Below, piece after piece: positions 51,395-64,000 of a stretch of DNA of 64,000 nucleotides. Source of the DNA: Polymyxa betae A26-41 (lineage: Eukaryota > Protista > Endomyxa: Phytomyxea); assembly GCA_003693705.1 (NCBI GenBank), contig RBZT01000781.1, positions 1-64,000 on the forward strand. Reading direction: 5' to 3'. Positions within the stretch are counted from its first letter, which is position 1, and each line of letters begins with the position of its first letter. The notes below the pieces were generated by a model that saw only the letters and a program-made list of their open reading frames with translations, had not been told where the DNA came from and ran no database searches. Position numbers and translations under genes: made by a program.

Positions 51395-53002
51395 TGCAGA
51401 CTGCTACTAAGCACCTTAGTAATAAGGCGGCAGTTAGCAGAGCATTGTTGCGCACTTGCGACAGGGTTCGGGTGCCGCCTGCTGGAAGTGGAATGGCGCC
51501 TCTCTCACACACTAATTATATAACAGTTTTAATTTCGGTCATTATCGCCATAGGACGATAACTTGTAAATAGCAAGTTCACCAAAGCAAACGCCCGGTTT
51601 TTTAATTCGAGCGCGAAATGGATAACACCTATGTATGCCGCAAACCTCGCGATCTACTGACTGATGTCTGAACCTAAACATTTGGTGGTCATTAAGGCTG
51701 GAATATTAAAAACGACTATCGGTTTGTTTCCGTTGCATTGGTGAACCAGTGAGTGATATACCATTACTGCTACACTCTCCTGATCTATACCGCTTGGCCA
51801 AGCCTGCCTCAATTTGTACAGGGTTTTGTCGAGATCGTCTTTGCTATCTATCCTTTTGAATGATTTCAATCAAACATGAGCGAACGACAGTCGTTCCACT
51901 GAACGAATTTTAATGCCATTCATCGTTGCTGGAGGCAACGTCACGTACATCCCTAACAATAAAATCTGTTTATGCATGCGAATATGGATTCTTGACGAAA
52001 GTCGTGATAAAGTTCATCAAAATAATCAGCAATGTACCTGTTAATATAATGTGGCGTTCGGGCGCTAGACCCAGCTCCGTCTCTGACACGCTGATGATAG
52101 TGAGGCGGACAATAAAGAAGATTGAGTACTGCAAGAATTACACAGCCTGGCGAGAATTTCTACGAAGCCCTTGAGCAGATCCGTCAGAACAAAATAAGTT
52201 GGTAGTAACGGTGCATGGAATTAGAAAGCCAGCAAAGTTGCAGAGGCTGGCGCCCAAATCTATCAGGACCTTTTTCCTTCCAGCTGTTGGCGATCTGATT
52301 GTTGAATACCAAGCCGTCTATCAAGATGACAATGATGAAAACGGTCATAATCATTACGGTTTCTGATTCTTTAATGAAAACAAAGTATCGACAGATCAAG
52401 TTCGAAATATTGGCAAACACGGCTTGCGAGCCACTGTCCAAGCTCATCCCGAGATATCCGACGCCCGGCGATTGCATGGAATGCAAGAGTGTCGGTTCGT
52501 GATCGAGTCGGTAAACGGCAGCTTGGAGGCGGCAGCCACAGATCAGGCGTTCGTTCGTCATGATCAGCAGGAAGTACGTTTCATATTTGCATCGTCGGTT
52601 GTCACTGAAGTGTCAGACATAAGACGTTCTTCCAATGTTTGCTCTGCTGTATTCCAATAACCGGTCAAAAATCAAGTTTGTTTAATCGTTGAACAGTTAA
52701 AAAGCAAAAACACCTAACATCTACTGTTGCAGGACGATAGCGATGCATATTCTATCTCGCTGTTTTCCTCTTACAGCAGTGCAATTTGATGATGAACAAG
52801 ATGAACTGGACTGCGATATCGAGTTATAAACTGCTATTCTTGCAATGTCGCATCTTCACTCATCACCTGAATGACAATCTCTATAACATGGGCACCCTAC
52901 TCCAAGTAAGGCGAACAAGTTTTGGTGGCGGCCTCTGATGATGAGGAGGGCTTTTTATCATTTGGTGAACATAGACCATAGTGGCGTTAAGTGCCTTTTC
53001 AT

Positions 53003-54259
53003 ATGAAGATGGATGGTCTCACCGACCTGGCTAGCGAGGATGTCGGCGGCACTGTCCTCTATGCCAGCACCGGTTTGTCAATGCCTCAATCGCTGTCGTC
53101 GCCCTCAGCACCGACACAGAATTCTTCGGCGAAGCCAAGAATCTTCTGAAGCCCGGCCGAGGTATTTTCGATCCCGAGACGTATTCGCTGAATGGAAAGA
53201 TCATGGATGGATGGGAAACCGCAAGGCATAGGTAAGCAAGCTGTTAGATATGGTTCTCAACTGTTAATGCATTCAGTTTGTACAATGAAACCCGAGGAGG
53301 TTCCGATTTCTGTATAATTAAGCTTGGCATCGCAGGCATCATCAATGTAGTCGATATCGATACACTCTGGTTTACTGGCAACTATCCAGAGGCGGCAAGT
53401 AGGCTTTCTGTTGTCCATATCTAACTAGCGTGTTAAACGGGTGTTTAAAGTGGTTGAGGTCACGACCGCCCCTGCAGAATCGTCCTGGGTGGAGCTCCAT
53501 CTCAGCGCCAACTGGACCACGATCGTGCCCAAATCGCTGCTTGTTGCTGGAACAGAAGGTAAAGGGCATAATTTATTCGAGGTCCAAGAGCGTGGACGAG
53601 CATTTAGTCATGTTCGTTTGACGATGTTTCCTGATGGTGGCATCTCTCGACTTCGTATCTATGGGAGACCTGTCCCCGACCTCGAACGATTACGATCGCT
53701 GGGCGTAGCCGTAGATCTGGCATGCGTGATGAACGGGGGAAAGGTTGTTAACGCCAGCAATATGTTCTATTCGCACCCGGATAATCTCCTGCTACCGAAT
53801 CCAGCCAAAAACATGGCTGGTGGTTGGGAGACGCGACGTTCGCGACAAGCCAACCATGAGGATTGGGTTATTATTGAACTCGGTATCGGTGCGTGCGTAT
53901 GAGAAAGCGAAATATTAAAGCGTGTGTTAGGGGCGCCTGGAATCCTGTACGCTATCGAAGTCGATACGTCGCATTACAGAGGCAACTTCCCATATGCGTT
54001 CTGCATATATACGGCACTGTGCGGCGAGAACGGGAACGTTGATTCTGTGAAATGGGATATAACAATACCGACGAGTAAAGGTAAACAATCAAGACAATGG
54101 AGTATTTGTTGCTGAAATTGTTTACATTTAGGTAAACCGCACGCCCGCATGCTTTTAATTCCAGAGAATGACAAAGCTGTGCGAATCAGTCATGTTAAGT
54201 TGGTTATTATCCCCGATGGTGGAATATCCCGTCTACGGGTGCTCTGTAAAACCTTTTAA
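53003..54259 (+). CDS. Allantoicase, multi-exon
   Basis: Duplicated allantoicase domain: MDGWETAR / [18 protein letters not shown] / [21 protein letters not shown] / [10 protein letters not shown]. Confidence 0.93.
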
Positions 54260-54703
54260 TGTAGCGTTCAAAGTGTTTATAGTTTCACTGATTCAGAAAT
54301 CAAATTGATAAGCAACATCCAGCAAAAGCTGATTCCACCTTGACTTCTCTGTACATGTTTCCAAAATCAGAAATTCCCTGGATCAGGTCTAACCATTCCA
54401 TTAAGGTTGGCATGGATTCGTGTTTCTCGAAGCAGACGGCCTTTCCGTCTGCAACGAACAACGAGCGCCATTGAAATGCTGCGTGAAAGACGCGTCGCCC
54501 TTCGTACAATGCAATCTAACTTGTATCTGTGACGTTCAGCAACCCGTCAACGTTGCAGATGGTGTCAGGCGGAACCCTGTCTTGTTCGTCCTTGCAAAGC
54601 ATTTGCCCTATTTGTTCTTTCTAAATCCTGTTTATGGAGTCTGATGTTGCGGCAAAATCCTCTCCTGCAAGATCCCGGCGTTTTCTATGATCTGAAATCG
54701 GGG

Positions 54704-56346
54704 ATGGATCGCGATGCTGAGTCGATGCCGGAGAGGGCAGCATCGCATGATTGTCAATCAGAGATTGGGCGAGTGATACAGTTGGCTCTGGCATTCTGCG
54801 TCATTTTTATGCCGTTTAGTGGTTCGTTGAACTCGAAAGTTTCTCTTCTTTTTAATAAGGATATTGTAGCTACACAGGTGGCTATACTTTTGTGGAATGC
54901 AATGAAAGGCTCTGATCACTGTCGATTCGTTAGAACTTTCAAACTTCGCAGGCGGATCCGATAATGGGCGCTAGGGCGCTTTCACTTCTCTATGTGACAT
55001 TCACGTAAAAAATCTTCCCGTGCCAAAACAACGCTAAATGATCTGTTTAGAGTAGCGAATTTGCTCTCTGGTCAAATCGTTCAGTTTATAGGTTTACGTG
55101 CAAGCATGTTTCTCGGCTCGCTGTCGTACGTAGCGTTCGTGTTCTCCAACATTGAATATAAGCACTGGATGGTGTACTCATCATCGGTATTGCTTGGATT
55201 GGGAGCAGCTATGCTTTGGACAGCGCAGGGTGCATTCGTCACTCGAGTTTCAAACCTGCATGATATCACTACTGGAAAATTAACCGGATCGAGCTTGGGT
55301 TTTTTCAATGGGATTTTTTTCGCCATTTTCCAAGCTAACCAGCTTTTCGGCAATTTGATCATTGCTTTCATGTTCCAGTTCGATCTCGACATCTCAGCGA
55401 TCTTCAAGGTAGAAAGCTTTATATGCCGTTAAGGCGAGAATCGTAAAGTTCGATAGATCTGCTCCTTAATATGTGGCGTCGGTTCGCTGCTATTACTATT
55501 TGTACGCCCTCCTCCGGTTTCCCCAGAGAAGCCTCCCTCTTTGAGTTCAATGTTGAAGACAGTAGTTTCTCAATTCAACGATTTTCGCCTGCTGCTTCTT
55601 GTTCCGTTCATGCTGTTGAACGGCGTTACGATTTCCTTTATTGTTGGTGATCTTGCAGCTTTCGCATCGACCAACCGAACAAGGTCAGGAATTACTTGGT
55701 AATTAATACGCATCTTACCGTATTTAGGTTTTTGGTGATGGCTGTTTGGGGAGCATTTGATGCCCTGGCATCTATCGGGTTTGGGAAGCTTTCGGACCGC
55801 ATCGGTTAGAAAGCTCACTTCAATGCAGATTTGAATTGACCATGCTTGCCAGGCCGGGCGCCTGTGATAGCTCTGGGAATCGGGATTCACACCATAGTAA
55901 CAGGCCTGCTACTGTTGGATGAAGAGGTTCGGGTGATGAATGAATGGCTGTTTATACTTGCGTTCGGATTTGGATGTGTTGATGCTGGTCGGTCTGCTTT
56001 TCTTTGCCAAATCGGATATTGAAGCGTATGTCAGTATATAATACTACCATTTATGCTGCTATGGGGAGCATGTTTCCTAATCCAGAATCTGCTTTTGCCA
56101 GTAATTTTATTTAGAAGTCTAGGTTGAAGCTAAACTTCATCAGATTTCAAATTATTCCAAAGCGGGATGATAGCTGCCGCATTCTTCTACCGAGAGTACA
56201 CAGACCTTACATTCCGGTTAAATATAATAGCAGGAATTATATGCATGGCTTCAGGTAGGTCTTTGGAGCATACTATTAATTGTGATATATTTAATCTTGC
56301 CCCAGCTTCCCTGTATGTATTAAACAGAAGAAATTGCTCGCTCTGA
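54704..56346 (+). CDS. UNC93-like MFS membrane protein, multi-exon
   Basis: FMPFSATQNFQTS, LGLGAAMLWTAQGAFVT, FNGIFFAIFQANQLFGNL, GKLSDRIGR, AFA..KLFQS. Confidence 0.85.
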
Positions 56347-56472
56347 ACGGGCTAGGTGCTCAAATAATATTGTGTAATATACCTATGCGAAAATATCACC
56401 TGAGCACAACGTATAGTAGCAAGATGTTCAAAACTTTTATAGAAGAAATCTGTAAGGCAATCCTGAACGAGA

Positions 56473-57036
56473 TTACAGATACGGTGAGCCATGCATTCCT
56501 CGGGTTGCCTGTTCCCCTTCTGTAGCTGTTTCCAGGTATGCACTGGTACAGATTTCATCGAGATTTGCCGCCTTAGTGCTTGATTTCCCTTTCCGTTCAT
56601 ACAGAATCAATCCGGTAGTAGATGACAAGATGGCAACCGAAATGGATATCGCCTTGACGAAAAATTCAGCTGTTATCATAAGAGATTGGTCACTGGCACT
56701 CGTCCATCGCAATGCTGCTGTTAAGCGTTCGTAATTCCTCGATGCGATTTGTGAGTACAAAAACACGCAAATAGCTTCGATGATGGATAAGAAGATTGTC
56801 AGAATATGAGCAATTACCAGCCATGTGATATTCGCCGTAGTATTTCGTTTTACACTTAGAATCGCTACTGACTCCAGTACAAAAGCAATTCCTGTAGTGA
56901 AGATAACGGTAAGGACGCAGATATTCTCGACGCTTCCAAAATCTGCATATCCAGGCCATGCTGTACAAAACACCAGCAATATCACGACGAAAAGCAGCTT
57001 GATAACAAGCAGTAGCAAAGCGCGTGGTTTGGACAT
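56473..57036 (-). CDS. Hypothetical protein with about 4 TM segments
   Basis: 187-aa ATG ORF with four long hydrophobic stretches. Confidence 0.55.
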   Translation of the reverse strand: MSKPRALLLLVIKLLFVVILLVFCTAWPGYADFGSVENICVLTVIFTTGIAFVLESVAILSVKRNTTANITWLVIAHILTIFLSIIEAICVFLYSQIASRNYERLTAALRWTSASDQSLMITAEFFVKAISISVAILSSTTGLILYERKGKSSTKAANLDEICTSAYLETATEGEQATRGMHGSPYL

Positions 57037-57297
57037 TTAATATAGAAGGTTTGGAAATAAATCGATAGATCGGTGCTGGGGCTAAGGCAAATCCCAAATA
57101 AAATCACTATGAGCCTATCGACAGATGCTTCCGGTTGCCATTCTATCGGAACGTGACTCATGACTGGTTTTTTGTAGCTGCTTGAAAAAACTCTTCCTAA
57201 AATTGACAGGATACCGCGATGAGGTACAGTACGACCTTCGTTTGCAACCGAATAAAATATCGGGCGATTTTCGATATCTCTTCCTAATTTATCTGAA

Positions 57298-58672
57298 ATG
57301 GGTCGGAAGTTCAAGAAAGGTTTCGATACAATCAGCCGTGATGTTGCTGATAAGCAGCAGCCCTCGTTATCAAGCCGTCTGCGTCTGTGGCTAAGCAGCA
57401 GCCCGACGACATTTACCGCCCATAAACGCAATGCCATGCGCGCATTAGTAAGCATTGAGGAACTGCATAAGCAATGCAATGCTAGTTCGCTTGCACGCAA
57501 TCTGGACGAATGTCGTCGTGAACGTCAAGCGTACATGCGGCGCTCAAGAATATATAAAGAGAACGACACCATAGTCAAGTTAGTGGCCGTTAAGGTGCAG
57601 CGAGAGGTGCATCAGAATGCACACGACATGATAATAACGGCAACCGAGACTACAGCCAAGCACCATGAAGCCGCTATTGAGCAGATTACTAACGAGCATC
57701 AGGCTTATATGGAAGAAGTAGGCTTAGAAGCCGAGCAGAAAATAGAGATAGCTACAGCTATCCAGACGCAAGAAATAGCAAACGATGATATCATCATGGA
57801 AGAAGCGATTGATCAGTCGATAGAACTGCTGGATCAGGTCAAAGACGATGTCGAACGAGAAGAACAGCTAACCACTATCAGTTTTCAACAAAGTTCACAA
57901 CAGCAAAGAACAGTAGCTCGCAACGAATTTGACAATTTGAAATCACTGCTTTCTGCGAAGATTGCCGATCTCGAAGCGGTTCGCATTTATATGGTTTCCC
58001 AGCATGATTGTAACTTCTGTTCAGGCATACGAAAAAATGAGAGAAGACCATGAAGCCAGAAATGCTCGTGACATTAAGCAATATCGTGACTTAGTTGCCT
58101 CTGATGCGTTTCTAGCTAGTGAGATTCGCTCGAATATGAAGAAAGTCGCCAGAATCCGAGGTCGGTTCGAGAAGCTTCGCATGGCGAATGTGGATTTCCG
58201 CGAAGCTGAAGCCGCCCAGCAAGAGGCCTTACGACAACGAATTTCTGTCATGAGAAGAGCGTTTCGCCGTTTGCAAAGTTCGGTAACGCATTGGAAGCGA
58301 GCGTCAGAATCACAAGTGAAAGAGCTCTCGCTGATAGCGTTCCAAGAAAGGACAAAAATGAAAGGATTTGTTAGCAAAACCGCAAGGATCTTGAAGAGAT
58401 GGGCGGTCGCTTCGAAACTGGATACGTTCGAAGGGGCTGGGGAGACGTTTGATAAGCGAACATCAAGGAGGAAATGGGAGCTGCATCTTCTCAAGCAGCA
58501 GCTGCAGCAGGCCCGCGAGAGACATCAGAAGCTTCTGGGAGAGCTGAATCGAGCAGCTTTTGAGAGCGGCGTCCCATTACAGAAAGTGATTCAGGTGCGG
58601 GATCTGGTATCAGCACTTGGTGCTGAAGGCGCCAGAAGAGAAATGGTGAAATCAAAGAGTTGTATGATTTAG
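57298..58672 (+). CDS. Coiled-coil protein, DRC2/CCDC65-like (nexin-dynein regulatory complex), 1 intron
   Basis: Two coiled-coil ORFs joined by a GT-AG intron; YRDLVASD..ASEIRSNMKKV and KTARILK..SKLDT resemble recalled DRC2 blocks. Confidence 0.55.
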
Positions 58673-58976
58673 AGTTCAGATATAGCAGAATATAGATGGG
58701 TAACGTTAACCTGTTATTGGACAGAAAGCACCGTAGAGTCTCATATTAGAGAATCCTATTCTACGTATGATTTACTGGAATGGCTGGAACCAAATTCGTT
58801 CCAATGAGGAATCTCTAAAACCTCCTGGACTTTATATTAATACCTTTGGGCTTAGAAAGCGGTATTTAAAATAGTTATTCCTTGGTTGGGCTTTGTGGTT
58901 CCTTGCTCAAATTTTATCGTCCTTTGCCGTATACTAGCGTTTATAGAATCAAGAATTATGGTTTTATGGTTATAAT

Positions 58977-61649
58977 CTACCAAATGATGCATTTTTCGTC
59001 CGGATTCAGACTCGAACCTGTGGCACACTGGAAATCGCTAGCGAAATCTTTGCTGTTCATCAGCGGAACATGAACGCGAGCCCTAAAACATTACAACTAA
59101 ACAAAAAATGGCTGTTGTATGGTCATCTGCGGCTTACAATGGAGGGCTATGTGGATCGGTAGATAGCTGACTGATAAGCGATTCTTTCGTCTGTATCTGG
59201 CACCAACTGAAACTTGTTAGAAAATCTCTATTAGAATAACAACACTGAAATTTACTTCTGAGCCATAGCGATCCAGAAAAGTTTGCGGTTGCTAATCCCT
59301 GGAATGAATTCATTTTCTGGGTTGTCGTCCTGCATTTTTAGGAACGCTTGGAAGGCAGCTAAATCAGTTGTAAGTGTTTACAGTCGCGAAATGTTAACAA
59401 AACATGAAACCTGAGACTCCTCCATTATCAGCGATGTTTTCTCCCATAGTCAGCTCCGGTTTGATGTGGAGGCTACCTTCAAACTCGAATGAAGCGTATT
59501 GCTTGCCAAGGCATTTAGATCGTTCCTTAAAACGATCTGCTACCTAACATGAATATCAATAAAAAATTACAGATGATCACATGCGTGATACCTCTTGAGG
59601 CCACCATGGGTTCAATTTGCCTTCGCCATCATACTGGCGGCCCTGATCATCGAATGCATGAACAAGCTCGTGGCCCATCACCCTAGATTCCCATTGTAGT
59701 ACAGACGATGTACAGATGCAGTTCGAATTACGTTCCGATGCCGCCGTAATTCAAAGCAAGGGGCACTGATTGTTCTGAAGTGAAAAATGGAAGTTGCAGG
59801 ATACCGGCAGGGAAATTGATCGAATTCAGAGTGGGCTCATAATAAGCATTCACGGTGGGAACTGTCATTAGAAATCGATATGGATCAACTGTTTCGGACA
59901 GGCGCTCGATATAATCGTCGAGTATGAGCTCCCGGGATCGCAAAACGTTCTCTGCGAATTTGTCAAGATCGAGGATCAAGGGACTATAGTCCATCCAAGT
60001 CTTCGGATATCCCATTAGAACTTTGATTTTGTGCAACTGCAACACGCTGTCAGACGATGTCAAAGATGAAGCAACATGAAGCCAAACTTTGTCGATTGCG
60101 GCTTGCTGAGTGGGTTTATCCATCCACGAAACATGATTCAAGGATTCCTTAAATTCATCAATGACCGAATCAACAATTGAAACCGCCAAACGTTTTTGCT
60201 TGTCAGAGAAATCGATCTGCTTTAAAAAACGTTGGCCTAGATCATCGCCCAGTAAACGATCCACAACATTGATGCACTGCTTCCAACGAGGCTGTTGCTA
60301 AACACATGTTCCTGTTAGAGCAGCAAAATCAGCACCTGATGATCTCCCATACCTCTTTAATGCCGCGAAGTTGTTTGGAGAAGAAATGGAAATGTTGGTT
60401 TCGAACATTCCTTGGTAGAATGTTCGACATGGAGACCATCGTACGAAGCATAACCGCGTCTTTCAGCAAAGGAAGAGGAGTGGATCTTAAGAGTTCTCCC
60501 ATTTTCTTCAGAAAATCAGGATCCTCAACGTTCACATAGCTGGATTCCGATAATGACGAGAAACCCATGTTCTGAAGGTAGACAGAGAAATCAAGACCGG
60601 ACTCCTTGGTGCAATTCTGCACCGAACGAAGATTGTACGTTGCCATCGGGTCTCGCAAGTCTTCGTTTGGTTTCGTGAACTGAGCAATTCGAATTTCTAG
60701 ATCGACAACATTGTGGATGGCAGCATCAACACTGATGTCCGATTGCGACATTTTCAAACTGGCCATCGGTTGGATACGCTTGAAATGTTCAATAAGCTCA
60801 GCAGTGCGGTTGGTGTCAGGGTCAACATAACGGAATCGATCTCCCATCGTCAAACCAGCCTGATGGACCGTAACGATATATCTGGACGTGTCATTCGAAT
60901 CAACCTCGACAGCAGTGTTGAAGAAGAACCCTTCGTGTCTAAAGGTCGCGTAAGCAAACAATCTATTCCAATCCGAAACCGTACTTTCGTTCCATCAAGC
61001 CCACATGAGAGAATAATTCGTTCACGTTGGAGATTGAGGGGATTCCCTTAATCTGCTGGAAGAAAGGATCAATTCCAGATTCCTCAATGGCACTCTCGCC
61101 CATGCAAGATTGCCACATTGTCCCGACGCGGTCGTCACCTGAGCTGCTGGCCGCTTTGACAATATCCAACAGGATGTTGATGTTGCGATCATCAATCTCT
61201 GTGAAAGAGCGGGCGTATCTATCCTTATCAGCTGGAAGTGTGGCATTGCTTATCCATCCACCACAGGCGTACTAGCCAAACAAGCGAGTAAGCTACCGAG
61301 CATACAATATGATTGTGATTTCTACATATCACTCTGGACTCACCTCATAGAAATTATTACAGGGATCTGCTGACAAATTCATGGAGGTTTTGACTTGTGT
61401 TGCAATATCAGAGCCAGTATTATCTCCCAGACGCGTAGATATTGAGGAGGTTGACCCAGTTCGAATGAAAGCAATGAAGACGCCGAAGGCACAAAGCATG
61501 CCGATGAAGATCGACAATGCAAACCATGTATAAACAGGCGAAACTTTATGGTAAGGAGAGCGCGCCCTGGACTCAAGCGACAAGATATCGTCGCTGTCAT
61601 GATCGCCAGGCAACAGATGCTGGCGCTCCCGTAGCGGCTCCATTTGCAT
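58977..61649 (-). CDS. M13 (neprilysin/endothelin-converting enzyme-like) type II membrane metallopeptidase
   Basis: N-terminal [35 protein letters not shown] zinc motif, [10 protein letters not shown]-terminal CIIW*. Confidence 0.95.
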
Positions 61650-63389
61650 TGGCGATGACAATGGCTAACACTAGAATAGCCGGTCGGTCGGTCGGTCGAA
61701 TGTAGTCACTCTCTGACCCTGGTAGCTGATGACGACAGATCTCAATGTGAATGTGGATGAACCTGCACGCCCTTAGCAATGAGATTACAACGAGAGCAGG
61801 GTATCGGGCTTATCCGTACAACTTATGCTATTAAGCAGACGCGTACACCCATGATCAAGTGATGATGGGCGATCTACACCATTGAAAGAATAAGATCGCG
61901 TATGTAGTTGGGCTGTCGCCCAATCAGTCCCTGCTGTCAATGGACGTATTGATTGCAATGACGGAAGTGAAATGCTTTGTCTCCAAAACTCTGTGTTAGG
62001 TAACGTTAATATCGGAAGCCATAACAAGATCATGTTCAGCTCTCGGACAACGCGATGGTATCACATTCATTTTTTTGTTTGAAAATCCCCAACAACATGA
62101 AAATTGTCAAGGGCATTGTGGGAAATTCTGTCGCCTCACATTTTGAAAACATGTCGCGTCTCTGGCCGCAAATTGCTTTTCAGTAAAGTAACGCTTTGCA
62201 CGCTTGCGACCTTGCGGGTGCCAAATGTCTCAGATTGCGTTTTTCACAGGCAGTCCACCTAACACGAGTTATGAACATTGAGATTACATACACTCAATAC
62301 AGTATAATATATTATATCTAAAGATTCCTCCAACAATTCGAAACTCGAAATGTACCCGAATGTATTCTCAAAATCCATTCCTTGAGGCTAACTCGCCCAC
62401 AAAAAACCCTTTATTGATAGAGTTGGGATTGTTTGGCAACGAGTTGTCAGTAACGACATCCCAGTCCAACAGAATGCAGGTCCAAATGAATTGTCATGGT
62501 GAACCTCGCAAATGTTGCGGCGAAAACCAAAACCCTAACCCTGAAACAAAAGACTGTCGGTTTGCTGTGCACGAGCAGATCAAATTGTCCTGATTTCTAC
62601 AACATTGCCAGTGTATTTGAGTTTGAGAGTTTTGGTGAAAAAACGGAGCCTACGGCCACGTTACAGTCGGCGGGATACCGTCACGAATCCGGGAATCGGA
62701 CGGCCTGATTTTAGGAAAAATTTGGCAGTCAAAAAAGTAAAGCTGCGAAAAATTAAGCTGCGAGAATGACAACATTAGTTTTTGTTTTTGCAATTAGAAA
62801 GGCTTGCAATATACGCAGGTTAAGAATGTTCGGATACTTTCAAATCCGGACAGCTTTCCAGAGTCGATGTTATGTGATGAACTGATGAACTTCTTCCAAA
62901 GCACGACTGAGCAGTGGCTCTCCTATGGTGACTTTAGCTTCAAAGGACATCGTGTTGAGCCCAGATTAAGCACAGGAATAAACATCCAATTGTACGCATC
63001 CTTTTCCTTTCTGAATTTATGTATCTTTCTGGTGTACTGGTTTAAATTTTTCACAGCTCGAACCTATTTCCACATGGACTTAGAAAAATCACTCTATAGA
63101 ATGTTCCTGCGCATTCAGATTAAGAATAACTCGTGTGAGCTGACCATCAAAAAGCTCTGTGGATGTGACGCAAGAGAGTGCGTTCTGTCTGATTCTTTGT
63201 ATTGATTGTGCAGCCGAAGCCAGGCAAATGGGCCTAATCTGGTGCCGGCATGGCTGTCCAGTCGTCAACAACTGTGGCCGTGCCATGCCACGTAGAACGA
63301 AGGAGCATCTCCACGTTGGGATGAATGCTCGTTTATAATGTTAAATGAGAGAAGCTTGTTGTGAGCTCTTTGGGATTCATTCGATTTCG

Positions 63390-64000
63390 ATGAACATCGC
63401 CTACATTGTCGTCTTGCTGCTGGTCGGGCGGATGGCATCGGCGGCGGACCCACTGCCGACGATCGCGTCCGAAGATCTCGCTGCTCATTTCGAGCAGCAG
63501 CAGCCTGGTACTTCACAGCGAGTTCTTGTTCAGCTATATAACGGCAGCTCCGGTGTCAATCTGATCCTCCCCGTTACTCTATTGAAGGTCCCATCTAGAC
63601 AACTTCGTTTAAATGTTTAACATGCAATGCAGGGTTTGAATGGTGGCCCTCGTCTAGCGGTTACTGCAGCAATTCATGGGTAGCTGCGAATATCTGCAGT
63701 CAACCTTAAAGGAACTAAATAGCGTTTTTAGAGACGAAGTGACTGGCGTCGTGGTCCTCCAGAACTTCCTCGAGCAATTCGATATAGAGCAGCTTCGTGG
63801 TGATATTATCGTCATTCCAGGTCTAGAATCCTTAACCCTAAACTCTCCTGCTGATGACCGACAGTTTTGAATCCGTTCGGGTTCGCACGCTATCAGCGCG
63901 GCGGCTTCGCTGGCAAAGACTTGAACCGCTCATTTAGGGACGGGTCGTTGACTGGCGAGGAGAAGCACTACGCTGATCGATTGTTGCAAATGCTGAAGTC
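63390..64000 (+). CDS. Signal-peptide-bearing M14 succinylglutamate desuccinylase/aspartoacylase-like hydrolase (runs off window)
   Basis: After splicing: GPRLAVTAAIHG|DEVTG (HxxE), LRGDIIVIP|VLNPFGF, GKDLNRSF; N-terminus MNIAYIVVLLLVGRMASA. Confidence 0.8.

Noticed and set aside
51654-52660. Possible spliced minus-strand gene
   Set aside because: Intron-like signals are present, but I could not build a consistent frame or recognise a domain.
61785-63205. Several short ORFs between the M13 and M14 genes
   Set aside because: No recognisable motifs and no TIR/TSD pair found; left unannotated.

Overview
Gene-dense eukaryotic DNA with many short (about 41-60 nt) GT-AG introns. A chitin synthase, a flagellar DRC2-like protein and a membrane pyrophosphatase occur together, which points to a flagellated, chitin-walled non-fungal protist such as a phytomyxid/plasmodiophorid (inference only). 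About 30 spliced or intronless genes were reconstructed by eye: VPS41, adenylate kinase, RPS3, ALG5, chitin synthase, MYST acetyltransferase, SHPRH-like helicase, GH16 glucanase, LDH, DONSON, dolichol kinase, RNF10, cyclophilin, mPPase, PEX14, allantoicase, UNC93-like MFS and an M13 peptidase, among others. The window also holds tRNA-Ile(AAT), a decayed Ty1/copia relic and an internally deleted MULE with TIRs and a 9-bp TSD. Highlights: (1) four tandem intronless secreted precursor-like genes (28.9-31.9 kb) sharing an F-x-x-L-[QE] motif before Gly/Tyr/Trp-rich cores, three with a shared CCGACC upstream motif; (2) an unannotated 52-aa secreted precursor with an RR-SFNWNW-KK core; (3) a eukaryotic mPPase with Na+-pump-type signature residues; (4) a PEX14-PUB fusion and a Trx-SHP-UIM-UBA fusion. 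All family calls come from recalled motifs; no searches were run.
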